Below are positions 47,852 through 59,992 of a DNA stretch of 64,000 bases, in pieces. Made by a program: the position numbers and the translations under genes. The stretch is from Zancudomyces culisetae HAW-14-8 (taxonomy: Eukaryota; Fungi; Kickxellomycota), in contig JBNJNM010000006.1 of assembly GCA_052426225.1 (NCBI GenBank), positions 1,550,001-1,614,000 on the forward strand. Direction: 5' to 3'. How positions within the stretch are numbered: the first letter of the stretch is position 1; each line of letters begins with the position of its first letter. The notes below the pieces were generated by a model, which made no database searches, was not told the origin of the DNA, and saw only the letters and a list, made by a program, of their open reading frames with translations.

Positions 47852-49099
47852 ATGAATGTCAGCGAGCTTTTTGGCGTTTCCGGCAAAATCGTTCTTGTTA
47901 CAGGCGGTTCGAGTGGGTAAGAACGATATATAAGATACAGTATTTTATGGTGTATATACAGTGATTTATTCAAAGTTAATATTTAGATATATATTTTCTT
48001 GCTATTTCAAGGAGTGTAATAGTTGGTGCTAGTCTGCGTTTGTTAGAGTTCAAACATATCACTAGCTAAATAATCTAACAATCCTCTACACTGCTGCGCA
48101 TAGAATTGGCTATATGATTGCAGAGGTAAAGTATAACAGAACCATTCTTGTCAATGCCAAGAATATCTGGGTTTGAGGTCTAAAAACCAAGAAGATATAT
48201 GGTGAAGCAATTTTTGATATGGCCTTTATTATAAATCAATGAAATTTTGTTGTATTAACTAGGGTTTTGTGGCCAATGGGGCAAAAGTATATATAAGCAG
48301 TCGTAAAGCCGATGTTTGTGAGAGTGTGTCGAAAAAACTCACCGAAATGGGTCCAGGAACCTGTCATTCAGTACCAAGTGATTTATCAAAGGTAGAGGGC
48401 ATCAAGAGGCTGTCTGACGAAATGCATCGACTGGAGCCTAACGGCATAGATATATTGATCAACAATGCTGGTGCTACTTGGGGAGAAAAGTTTGATGATT
48501 ATCCACAATCTGGATTTGAAAAAGTGATGAATTTGAATCTAACTCATATATTCTACCTGTGTCAACAGTAAGTTACTAGTTACAACTACCTTACCAAGTT
48601 GGTGGGCTATACATGCATCAGATATTAACGTTTTCCACAGCTCAAAGTTGTATACGAAAGTATTCTTCGTTGTTTTCACATTTATTTTTCTGTTTTTAGC
48701 CTCGTTCGATTGCTAGAAAAAAGAGGAACCCGCGAAGATCCATCACGAATAATTAACATCAGCTCCATAGCCGGATTGGGAACACCAAGTAGTGAGAATT
48801 ATGCGTACTCTGCGTCAAAGGCAGGAATTATTCACCTTACCAAGGCACTTACTCTAGTGATGGCCAAGCGTAATATTACAGTCAATACCATTGCACCAGG
48901 TCCATTCCAATCAAAGATGATGGCTGAGACACTGAAAAAAGGTGGTGATGCGTATGAAAGAGCCATTCCCTTGGGCAGAATTGGCAATCCCCGGGATATG
49001 TCGGCCGCTAGCATATACCTATCTTCGAAAGGTGCATCGTTTGTAACTGGATCTGTTCTGGTAGTTGATGGGGGTATTTTAGCCTCTCCAAAAATCTGA
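47852..49099 (+). CDS. Classical short-chain dehydrogenase/reductase (RhlG/DHRS4-like). Exons 47852-47916, 48104-48125, 48263-48567, 48700-49099
   Basis: Spliced VLVTGGSSGIGYMIAEGF, NNAG, catalytic YSASK, ITVNTIAPGPF and VDGG. Includes a 22-nt micro-exon. Confidence 0.93.
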
Positions 49100-49567
49100 A
49101 AAGACTGATTTTATAAATATTTAATTCTTTGAAAAGCATAAACATTTATCTTTAAAGTAATAAATTAATATACCAGCAAGTCAGATGCAAGATAAAAAGC
49201 GAGTTGACGCAAAGTAGTGTCTTCACGATAGTGGGTTGTGGTTTTTTTGAAGGTGTAGCTTCCAGTTGTGCATGCCCATGCGGCATGTGGATATGGCCTA
49301 GAGCAAAAAAAAGGGGACTCTGTTAAAAACCCACACTACCAAAGAATGTACATAGCATGGCCAAATAACATGGCTGATAATTTATTTTGGGTCTATTTTC
49401 GCTGTTGGTTTTGAAAATGCTGAATATTAGAATTTGAAACACAATCCACGACCAACTCTCGTGCTTTCTTGAACCATCGACCGGGTTTTCCAGGAATAAA
49501 GTTAATTTAACAAGGGCAAATTTGTAGAAATAACTAACTGTAAACAAATCAGTAACAAGGATAAACC

Positions 49568-50428
49568 ATGGGTGTGTGCAGCCTTAGAGCGTTAGCAACA
49601 GCAGCAACAATAGTTTTATCTTGTATAACATTTGTATGTCCCGCTTTCCGGATACATTATAACGCAAAATCGGGCAAATCTAGTTTCCAACTTGAGGTAG
49701 ATGCAGGCTATAGGCGTAAAAGCGACTACAATAGTAAAAATACTGGTTTGAATGGTGCAAACAAGAGTGTGGTTAATGTCGGTAGAGAAGTTTTCAATGG
49801 AAAGTCAGTAAATTTCACTGAGCACAACGGAGATGAAGACAGCCAAGGTATGGCTTGGTTGCAGATGAATATCCCGTATATGCCAATAAAAAATGTACTG
49901 GACCAGCTAAACGATATGCTGCAGGGGCGAGAAGGAGATGGGGGTGAAAAACTGAAGAACCGTGGTGGCGAGTCTCACATCACTATTCTGACGCCCATTG
50001 AATATAATGTCATCAAATCAATGGTAACGATGCAAGAAATTAACAAAATCGCACTTGAAAACGATATACAAGGGGCCAAATTTGGGATTGCTTGCGTAGG
50101 CAAAGGAATGGTAGCAGAAACAACATCACAAACATCGCAGAATGCACAGGGCATACAAAATCCAGCTCAACACACAAGTAGTAGTGGCGTCTCTGGCAGG
50201 AATTTATATACCTATTTTCTTGTAGTCGAGGACAATTGTTCAAAGTTCCGGCAAATCAGAAAAAATATCTTTGACTTATACAAGAGGCGAGGCGGCGATG
50301 GTGCGCTGTTTGATTATGGAGCGTTCTGGCCGCACATTACCGTAGGGTTTAACGATAGAGATTTGCACTTGAGTGATGGGATTTATAAGGGTGTCAATGC
50401 CTGCAAATATAAAGTTCAAATTGTTTAA
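49568..50428 (+). CDS. Putative secreted 2H phosphoesterase
   Basis: Two HxT motifs (ESHITILTPIEY, WPHITVGF) about 120 aa apart; hydrophobic N-terminus; intronless. Confidence 0.8.
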   Translation: MGVCSLRALATAATIVLSCITFVCPAFRIHYNAKSGKSSFQLEVDAGYRRKSDYNSKNTGLNGANKSVVNVGREVFNGKSVNFTEHNGDEDSQGMAWLQMNIPYMPIKNVLDQLNDMLQGREGDGGEKLKNRGGESHITILTPIEYNVIKSMVTMQEINKIALENDIQGAKFGIACVGKGMVAETTSQTSQNAQGIQNPAQHTSSSGVSGRNLYTYFLVVEDNCSKFRQIRKNIFDLYKRRGGDGALFDYGAFWPHITVGFNDRDLHLSDGIYKGVNACKYKVQIV

Positions 50429-50635
50429 TTAGCGTTTTTGTTTGTTCTAGTTGTAGTGATTGTAATAGTAGTATGATAAATTGGATAAAAGTAATGAAAC
50501 GCGTTTTAATAGGGGCTATTTTTTTAGTATTTTATTATTATTGAGATTTGAATTTTATATGGATTTGTTAATAAAAAAACAAATAATTTTAGAACTAGAG
50601 CAGGGGTAATCCAAATTAAGTAGCGATTATTAAAT

Positions 50636-52363
50636 ATGGAAGACAAAAAGAAAAAACCTGGCGATGACGAATGGAGCAAGCAGCAGCTGGTAAAGCTAGA
50701 CAAGGCCAAAAAAAACCTCAATTATGCCTTGGAGGTGCTGCAGATCAGCAACAACAATCAGAAAGAGCAAGTACACCTGCACCCACAAACAAAAATAAGT
50801 GTGGATATGCAAAAGGAGTATTGGGAAAAGTTCCGAGCGTTTATGGTAGGGAAGCTGAGTGCTCAGGAGTACCGGGAATATATAGTGAGTGTACTGGGAA
50901 ATCAGACATACTTACACAACGAGATTATATTGAGTATTTTGGAACGGGCCGAGCAGGATGTTCATACTGAACTCGAGGAGGTTATGGAGGAGCGAGAAAA
51001 GGAATTGCAGTTGGAGGAAGAAAGGCGGCTTGCTGGGATAGAAGAGAATAAAAGCAGTGAGAAAAAGAGAAAGGCGCAAAGTGAACAGGACACTAATGGA
51101 GAAAGTGGAAAGAACAAGCGAGTAAAGACAGAGATGGATACGGTTAAGGAAATGATCAAACAACTGACGAAAACCGATAAAAAAGCAATAAAATATTTGA
51201 AAAGACAGGCAGAGTTACAAAAATCAGGTCAGAGTCAACAGAATCAACAACAGACAAAGAAAAAGGAAAGTGGCGGAGGCGGTGGTAGCAAAAACAAAAG
51301 TGGTATGTTTTTTGACAAGGTAGTGCTTCCAGTTCCAAATAACAAACTACCAATAGGTTACAATCTGGACCTTGCGCGTGGGATAGTTCAACCTAGTTGC
51401 TTTGAAAGTAAGAGTTTACCAGACAAAATAAGCTTGAGGAACCGGATTAGAGCAATTAGTTTAGAGTATGGATTGGTGGTGAACAACACCAGCTATGGAG
51501 GTGGAGGTCACGGCCTTAACAATGGTGTTCTTACTGGTAGTGGTGGAGGAGGGGGAATGGGAGGTAGTAGTAGCCACAATCAATTTGCCGATCAGGAGGA
51601 AATTGTAGAGCTGGTGTTGTATGCACTAGAGTGCCATTTGAAAAACATCATTACCAACATGGTTTATAAAGTCAGGCTACTTGGAAATGAGGACGATGAA
51701 AGCGGCGAAAATGATGAGAATGTGAATAAGGATGTAGGAATACCGGTGAATAGACAGTATGTTAAGCGAGGAGCTAGCAATCTGAGCCAAGAACAAAAAA
51801 TTGTATACCATCAAAAACTATTAGAGGGTAGTATTGGTAATATAAATGTAAAAAATGAAGCGGATAGCACCGACACCAATAGTGATAGCGTGGTAGGAGT
51901 GGGAGTGGGGGCGGGGGTGGGAATAGGAATAGGAACAGAAGCAGGGGTGGGAGATGCTGGAAATAAGAGTAACAGCAAAATCAGTGGTGGTAATGTGATA
52001 GAAAGATTATACAGTAGTAAAAGAACACTGCGGCTACGGGACCTGATTTTTTCAATCAAGGTATCGCCATATGTGACCGTTGAGCCAGTAACAATGAGCC
52101 TTGAGCGAGGAAGTGTGATGGAGAGCAATCAAGAGGCAGCAGATGAAATAGGGGAAATGGAGCAGCAGAGGTTGGCACATTTATTTGGAAGAGCCGAAGA
52201 AATAAACATAATGAAAAGAATATATAATGAATATTATGCAAAAAACTACCAAGACAATAACGAAGCGGTAAATGAAACACAACTACAACAATTCCGAGAA
52301 TACGGATTTCGGAGACTAAAAGCGCAATATGAGCGGCGATATGGACCATATGTGAACAGCTGA
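50636..52363 (+). CDS. ADA1: SAGA complex subunit Ada1/Hfi1/TADA1
   Basis: N-terminal YWEKFRAFMVGKLSAQEY...LHNEIILSIL. Histone-fold region LPDKISLRNRIRAISLEYGL...VLYALECHLKNII...LRLRDLIFSIKVSP. Confidence 0.88.
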   Translation: MEDKKKKPGDDEWSKQQLVKLDKAKKNLNYALEVLQISNNNQKEQVHLHPQTKISVDMQKEYWEKFRAFMVGKLSAQEYREYIVSVLGNQTYLHNEIILSILERAEQDVHTELEEVMEEREKELQLEEERRLAGIEENKSSEKKRKAQSEQDTNGESGKNKRVKTEMDTVKEMIKQLTKTDKKAIKYLKRQAELQKSGQSQQNQQQTKKKESGGGGGSKNKSGMFFDKVVLPVPNNKLPIGYNLDLARGIVQPSCFESKSLPDKISLRNRIRAISLEYGLVVNNTSYGGGGHGLNNGVLTGSGGGGGMGGSSSHNQFADQEEIVELVLYALECHLKNIITNMVYKVRLLGNEDDESGENDENVNKDVGIPVNRQYVKRGASNLSQEQKIVYHQKLLEGSIGNINVKNEADSTDTNSDSVVGVGVGAGVGIGIGTEAGVGDAGNKSNSKISGGNVIERLYSSKRTLRLRDLIFSIKVSPYVTVEPVTMSLERGSVMESNQEAADEIGEMEQQRLAHLFGRAEEINIMKRIYNEYYAKNYQDNNEAVNETQLQQFREYGFRRLKAQYERRYGPYVNS

Positions 52364-52374
52364 GTGGGTTTGGC

Positions 52375-53920
52375 TTAGTGCTTGTGGAAACAATTGTTGC
52401 AAGAGCCGCGCTTGAATGGATGCTCGACAAACTCATCACAGCCACACGTTGAGCAGTCGAGAGTTTGTGCCACAAACGGAGAAGGGTCCTTCTGGGGCTT
52501 GGATTGGAAAGGATTGGGTTTTGCAGCTATGGATGAGGGGTACTCGTTGCTGACGTAACCTCCGCTGATACGCACAACGGGCTGAGGCTGGCAAGGAGGT
52601 TGAGGAAGAGTTGTAGCTGTCCGCAGCGGCTTGGGTTTGGGTGGAGGCGGGGCAGGTTTGAGTTCTTGATGAGGCTGGGTGTAGGTTTCGGGGAACAGAC
52701 CCTGGGTGCCAATAGCAGCCTGGTTGGACGAAGTGGCGATAGCACCGGCCCACCAGCCGTCGTCATGTTCTTCAATAACTTCGATAACGTCGCCCTGCCT
52801 GAGTTCCAGCTCTTCGGCAGATTGTGGAGTGAAGTTGTGAATAGCTTTGCGCAGTACCCTGTCACGGACTTTTAGGTTTTTGATTGCATTGAGTGGTGGT
52901 GGGGGTGGCGGGGCCGGCCGGCGCATTGATCCAGCATGATCTGATCCAACCAATCCGGTAGTTTTCCTGCCATCTTCGTCATCCGAATCGCCAAAATATG
53001 TGTCTGCGGTTGTACTGGTTTTGCGCGAAACTGTGCTGTCGACCCGCTCCAGTGTTGCACGTCGATCGGTGTCTACATCTTTTTTCAACAACCCCCGGTA
53101 TCTTTCTCTTGCTGGTGCTCTTCTCTCCCTCATGCATTCATCAAAAACCACTCCCAGTCCTGCGAGTGCCTTCATCGATTCGTTGTGGAATCGTACCTGT
53201 GCCTTGTAAAATGCATATAGCGACTCCAAACACTCTTGCTCTGTGTCCTGCACTTCCAGCATTTTCGATACCACCGAGTTGTACGCCTCATCCTTCCGGA
53301 TCTGTGCTATTCTAGTTTCATCCTCAAGCACCTGGGTCTTGTTTTTACTCTTGTTTAGCTTACTTGTCTTCATATCGTACTCAGCCTTCCTCTTTTCAAA
53401 TTTTTTGTACAGCTTTGCAAAATCCTGCAACAAATCGTTTTGTCTTTCCAGCATGCTCACCCACTTCTCTCTCATTTCTGTCGTGTACCCTTGCTGTATA
53501 CCACTCATTTCCTCTTCTACCTTGCCCATCCGTATTAACGTCTCCCCAAAACTTGAGTCCCTTGGCAACCCCTCTCCTAATTGTGACATTGTTGATCCCA
53601 AGTTCTCCAATATAAACTTCTTTTTGTTGCTATTATCTGTCGTATCTTTTCTCTTTAGCATCTGTGCCACATACAGCTGGAACGCCATATACAAACTCTC
53701 CGTTGCCTCTCTCTTGATATTTGTTTCCAATACCAGCGCTCTAAATTGATCTGGCATATCCGACTTTTCTGTTCCACCAAATTTTTCTGTCCACTATGTT
53801 TTTGTTTTATGTATTTATTTAGTCACTTTTGTTTTGTATTACTCTTATTAATCTCTATAAACCGTCTGCTTTCTTTACCTGTCCAAGCTTTCCCCAGTTC
53901 TTTTTAAGCGTCGCTGCCAT
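52375..53920 (-). CDS. BAR domain + SH3 protein (endophilin-like) with C-terminal Cys/His motif. Exons 53920-53879, 53793-52375
   Basis: Spliced MAATLKKNWGKLGQ|WTEKFGGTEKS, BAR helices, poly-Pro, SH3 (AIHNF..ELELRQGDVI..DDGWWAG..GLFPETY), and terminal CSTCGCDEF...CNNCFHKH. Confidence 0.9.
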
Positions 53921-56183
53921 CTTCTATATTTTTTATCTATTCAATGCAATTTCTTTGTCTGTTTTTTTTCTCTTCAATCTGGTCTTATAATTATTGCAAC
54001 CTCTAGTCTCTAAATGCTATGTTTCTTGGTTTTTGGCTTATATGCTTATGTCTTTCTAATGCTACCTAGGCGTTAAACAGTTGCTAGTTTAATATTTGGT
54101 GAGTGGTTTTTTTTCCCTTTGCACAAATCTCATCTCTCTTCACTAATGAAACACTTGGTTAAAATAACATATATAAACCTAATATATCTGTGCCCACCAC
54201 TTACCTCTAGTCTTTAACACTCTTGTTCCTATCCCTGTTCCTTGCTTCTGTAAAAAAAAATAATAAAAGAGAAGTAGTGGGTTTAGTTATTTAATTAAAC
54301 GGCTGTATAGCTGTTGTTTTCGCTGTTGGTGTAAAAAGCTATGTAGCTGTGGCAGGGTTTTAATAATATTATAATTGTTAATATCAACTGTGCTATTGTT
54401 TCTATTTTTTTGTTTTTAAAACAATGAGTTCAAATTTACAATCAAAACGGTATATTTATTTTTGAATACTGTTTTAATTTATGTTGTTTCTACCATAGGT
54501 TTACAATTTTTCTTGACTTAATTTGGAAATATTACATAAAGTTGTTTTCTGGTATTACCGAAATATATGCTCTGTAATGGGCTTGCATAAGACCTCGTTT
54601 AGAAAAATGCACAGGAACCCTTTAGTCCTCTACTCATAACGGCGAAATTAACGATTTCCAACCTATATCTATTGTTTCTTTCTCATCAACTTAAATTACT
54701 GTTTTGCAAAGGGCAGCAATTAAAAAAATAAAAATAAACAACCAGCCTTTCCGTTTATTTTTGACGCTGTTACACAAACCGTAGAGCAGGTATACTTGGT
54801 TCAATTTACCCTCCAATCTTCATTTTCGGAAGTAATTTGGTCAATAATAGCTGGTAATTAATTAGTGGTAATTCCTTTTTAGCTAATTTACCTGGACCTT
54901 TCGGCGATATACATTGTATTAATTCACAGCTTTTCCCATCTAATCTCAAAAATAAAATCGATGCAAAATTAGCAAAAATGGCCAAGTCCCCCCCAAACGA
55001 CGTCATTTCTTGTAATTTATAAATTAGTTTCCCCCCCCCTCTACCCTTCACTACTCACACTTCCCCATTCCCTTTTTTTAGGTGCACATTCCTTTACAGT
55101 ACAAATAACATGTAGCATTGTGTTAACCCAAACTGGACCCAATAATACCACCATAGAGTCTGTTTATCAGGCACCACGCAGCTGCATAGTCAAATAACTG
55201 AAATAACCCCAACACCAGCTTTGTTTACTTTTATTATCTAATTTCACCTGAACATGTCCTTTTCATGAAATTAAAAGAAAAGCATAAAAAAATAGAAATA
55301 TGGCTTGGTCTGCAGTATTTTGAATCCAGTGCTTGTACCTTCCAGAATAAGACCTTCTCCTCCCAACCTACCAAACATTATGTTTTAAATAATATCAATT
55401 CCCCGCTAACCCTGTTTCACTTTGAGTATACTTTCCCCCATACATTATCCATTCACTACTCCACACACGCCCCCCATTTACTCACATGTACTCATATTTA
55501 CCCAATTTTTTCATACCCTCTCATCCTTTTCTTTTGCGTTTGTTATAGAGGCTCACCACCAATAATTACAGAAATGTGGGCTTTAACATAACCCAAAAGA
55601 CCGATTTTCCAAAAAAAAAAAAAACATATCACCACAACATGTGTTTTCTTTTTTTTAGTTGATGAGTTTATTAATAGATTCACAATTACAAAAAAATAGT
55701 ACTGTACAATATTTATCCAACCAATTCTTCTCGGTCCCTCTAGGGATTCCATAACCATCGGATGTTGGTTTAAGACTAACATGGTTTGCATTTCAAGTAT
55801 TTTTTTTCTTAATATTCCTGAGAAATTATTTTTGAAAGTCGGATAAACCTTAATGTTGTTCATCAACAAAATCGCGTACATATCCTATCAAATCAATGGA
55901 TATCTTACCCTGGTGGATTTACAACCATGTATTATCACAATAGTTGCTTGCCAATCTCTCTTCGGAACTATCTACTGGCACAACACCTACGCTCTCCTAC
56001 AATATCACAGATATTTGTCAATTACAAATTGTAATCATTGATCGACTTTCATATTAAAAGACACTACAATAACTCTCAGTATCGGGGATACATACGCCTG
56101 ACAAACCGTATTTATTTACCAGCCATTCATTAACTTTTTCATACAAGTAAATCATCCGTCCTCCATAAAAAAAATTACATTTA

Positions 56184-58081
56184 CTAATCTGCAAAAATTA
56201 CATTTCCAACAAAATGGGAAAAGAGTACTGAAACAAGAAATGAAATCGTGGTAACAAACTTATTCGTCGGATCATACATTTTCGCCGCAGGTAGCATCCC
56301 AGTGATGGAAACAGCCAACATCATTCCAGAAGCAACCGCAAAAGTTAATCCAAACATCATATTCTGGACCAGCCCTCTGTTTTCTGAATGAGTAATGCCA
56401 TCAACACCTGTTGCGTCTGTAGCACGAGCCATCCATGCACCAAAAAGTGCTCCCAACACTGGTGGTACTGCCCCCATTACCAATGCAATAGCCAGTGTTC
56501 GGGATTTGGATTTTGTCGATAAAAAAAGTGGAAGTGCCAACATCAAACCCTCTGGGAAATTATGTACAAACAACGAACTTGCAACCCAAAGACCTATGCG
56601 ATGTGACGATGTGCTGGATAAATATAAAATAACACCCTCGGGAAACTTGTGCAGTGCTACCGCTATCGATGTTTTCAGCCCCACAAAAAGCAATGTCGAG
56701 TTTTTTCCTGTTTTTTTACCTAAATCAGAAACTTCGACCTGTGGAGTGTTTGTTGAACTGCTTACAACTGCAACACTTGGTAAAAGCGTGCCTTCCATTT
56801 GAGATATATCAGCATTTCTACCACTATTACTAACAATAGCTAAATCCCCATTACAGCCCCAATCTCCGAGACCTGTATTTTCTGTATCCAGTGGTGAATT
56901 AATGGCTATTTCAATTTCGCTTTGATCTGAATGGCTGATTATTTTCGCTTCTTCGTCACATACACGACTTTTTTTGTGGGTCTCCAGCACAGGACATACA
57001 TTCATAATTTTAATGTCACGCTCACCTAGCGCTTCTTGTCCATATCTTGTATAGTTTTGATATTTCCCTGGCTTCTCCTTCTTGCAATTACTTAATATAT
57101 TAACTGTTTCTGACGATGCTTTGGCAGTATCTGTGCTTTTATACAGACACGTTTCGTCGTTATAATCAATTAAACACCTTTCTTCGTGGCGACTTTCACA
57201 GTTTTTCTTGAGTATATCGCTATTACTACTTATTTGTACACCTAGTGGTCCATTCTGACCACTATTTCCCATATCATCCATCCCCGAAACCTCCCCCGGC
57301 TGCGTGCTACACAAACACAAATCAACCTCCGACGTTTTATCTGTTGGGAGGAAGTAGGTCAACACCGTGGATAATAAATCGTTTATATACCCTCCAAGCA
57401 CCACAAATACTGCAGTTGTCAGTGTTGGGTGTAGATTGATTATTTCAATTTCCTTTACTTTGGAAAAGCTCTCTATTGCTTCAAAGATCAAAACTCCTAG
57501 GGATGTATAAATCTATTTGATAAAGGAAGCGGGTGTTTGTAAGCTCAATTACTTTTATGTGTTCATGTAGTGCTTTGTACATTTCTCCTCAAATATATGG
57601 TTCTGTTTTCTCTTTCTTTCTCAAAAGAAATCATATTGACTCCAGAAATATCCGAATAATAACAAGGATGTGTTTATTTATCTCTCTAAGTAACCCAATA
57701 GTGTTAAAGTTTACCATCACACCAGCCGAAAAACTAAGGTTTGCAGATAGGAATGCATTCGATTTTAGTAGGCTAAATCTTCTAGGGATCCCAATGTAAT
57801 GTATCAAGTCGTCGACATACAGCACGGAAGCTATTTTATTTTATTAATGCCTATATGCTTAAATTCGCGGAAACAGTATGAATCGTACCTCCACATCCAC
57901 CTATTTGCAGCCTTGGTGCCATTCGACAATAAAAAATCTTTAAAAACAAGGTGTTAAGGCTACGAAACCTTGTCTTACCACCCAGTCCCGTTGCTATAAC
58001 GGACAGAAAAACCGTTACCCAAACGTGGAACTCACTCAAATTTCCATCCTTTTCAAATAGTGATACATTGTCAACCTTCAT
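56184..58081 (-). CDS. ZIP-family zinc/divalent metal transporter (ZupT/ZIP11/Zrt3-like). Exons 58081-57979, 57830-57715, 57512-56184
   Basis: Spliced SVIATGLG|ASVL...LSFSAGVM|IYTSL. Metal-site motifs ALHKFPEG and VHNFPEG; AVASGMML. Confidence 0.92.
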
Positions 58082-59542
58082 ATTTTGTCTTTATATTCCT
58101 CTCTCGACTTTTTGATGCATGCGCTACCTTTTACTTTTTTCCTATGAACTTGTAATTTATAGTGGTAAATTTCCACTGTTCTAAATTAGCTTCAGTATTA
58201 TTAATCGAAACAAGTTCCAGTAGTGTAGAATAAATATGCTGCTAATCACAGCTGGACTACCATGAAAGCATACATTAACTATCAGTGCACCAAAAACATC
58301 GTATTACTAATCGTTTTCTTTTCGCCCCTGGCTTTTTTTTCACAGTGAACATAGTTGGTGTTGTTTGTTAATAATTCACCAGCTTACTTGAAACCTGAAC
58401 TAACCAAAATGTGCTTTTAAATTACTCGAATTTTGATTATGCACTGTGACGGTTTTCAGATTCATTGGTGAATAGGTTCTAGATTTTTCTTTTCCCTATA
58501 ATTGGCCATAGGCCTATGAAATACCGATTATTCAAAATAGAATGCAGACAGGAAAAGCAATAAATGGCAATGGAAATTGCAATGGAAATAAATTGAATTA
58601 TGGGAAAAGATCACAATGTAAAGAATAACCCTCTGTATAGCCCATTTGCGGTGCTATCTTTTGTCACACCTGCTAGGTTGTTTGTAAATTTGGTTATGCT
58701 ACACTAGCACCGAAGCGATCTTTAACTTTGGATTATTGTGGTAGCAGAGTAATCGGGAATGCTTACCTACACGACCTAAAGAAAAAGTAGACGCGAACGA
58801 ATATGACCTACTGTCGTCTTAGGAAGTGCTACCATGAGGCTACAGTCTAGGTGGAGCACTTAAAAAAAGTACAATACACCAGATGTATGATGATAAACAT
58901 TACTCTGCTTAAATTATATGGATGTGCGATCTTGATTAAAAATACACTTCTTTTTCTGACAAAACACAATATTTGCTCGCCTGTGTGGCTCTTTCTATAA
59001 TTGTTTACGTTATAATACAACTATATCATTTAAGTACATCACAATGGTAACAATCAATGAGAACAAGTGACAATTTGCTGTTATACCAGTGATTCAAATT
59101 GGTATCCAGTTAATTTAGTTATAGGAGCACAGTTGTAGCTAAAAGCATGAAATAATTAACTTTTGTCGCCACAAATTGGCAAAAATCTAAAACAAGAAAC
59201 CAAAAAAACAAAAAAAAAAACACAATTTCCGCTACGGAATGTTTGTATTTATTTTCGTCCTAGCCTGGGTTAAGTTATTGGTTTCCGAGGTTTTGAAAGT
59301 AATACTTAATAATTAGTCCATTCCTTGGAATGGATCATGGAAAAAATTTAAACCCAGGTTGGCCCTACAATTCTACTGCCGATATTTCCAGAACTATTGA
59401 TTTAACTGGAATGCTAACATTATAGTAAATGTGGCGTAAATTTTAGCAAGGTCAAATACATGGTAACAAGTTAAACAGTAGTGTTGAAAAGTGATTAGAA
59501 GAAAAGAAATCTGAAAGTTTAATACACATAGTATACCCTGCT

Positions 59543-59992
59543 ATGTTAATAATAGCCTTGATCCCCGCTCATTTAGTTTCACTGTTTAAAGTAAACCAAC
59601 ACATTTTACACAAAATACCAAACTCTTCTAAACCTTTTTTTATTTTTCTTGTGATAGTCATTCTGGTGTGATGCAAAGCCTTTACCAATGCCATGTCAAA
59701 CCTCCTTTTTTGGCACACATACAAGTTTTTATCCTTGTTTCATTCCTAATGGGATTATTACTCCAGGACGTTCAATTCACGCTCATCGAGCTTACAATGT
59801 TGAAGAAGGTAAAAATAATACAAAATATCATAACGCCCGGGTCCATTCAAATTCTCCAAGAATACATCCTCTACATTATTTACCACTAACAAAGCACTTT
59901 CCCTCAACTCCCCCCACACACACGTACAAATTATTAGCATATCGTTTTTAGATGAATACGCCTTTGGTGATATAAAAGCATTAAGATTCTGA
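59543..59992 (+). CDS. Possible small 3-exon orphan protein (79 aa). Exons 59543-59590, 59658-59808, 59952-59992
   Basis: Two GT-AG introns join in frame to give MLIIALIPAHLVSLFK|SFWCDAKPLPMPCQ...AYNVEE|DEYAFGDIKALRF*. No homology recognised. Confidence 0.3.
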
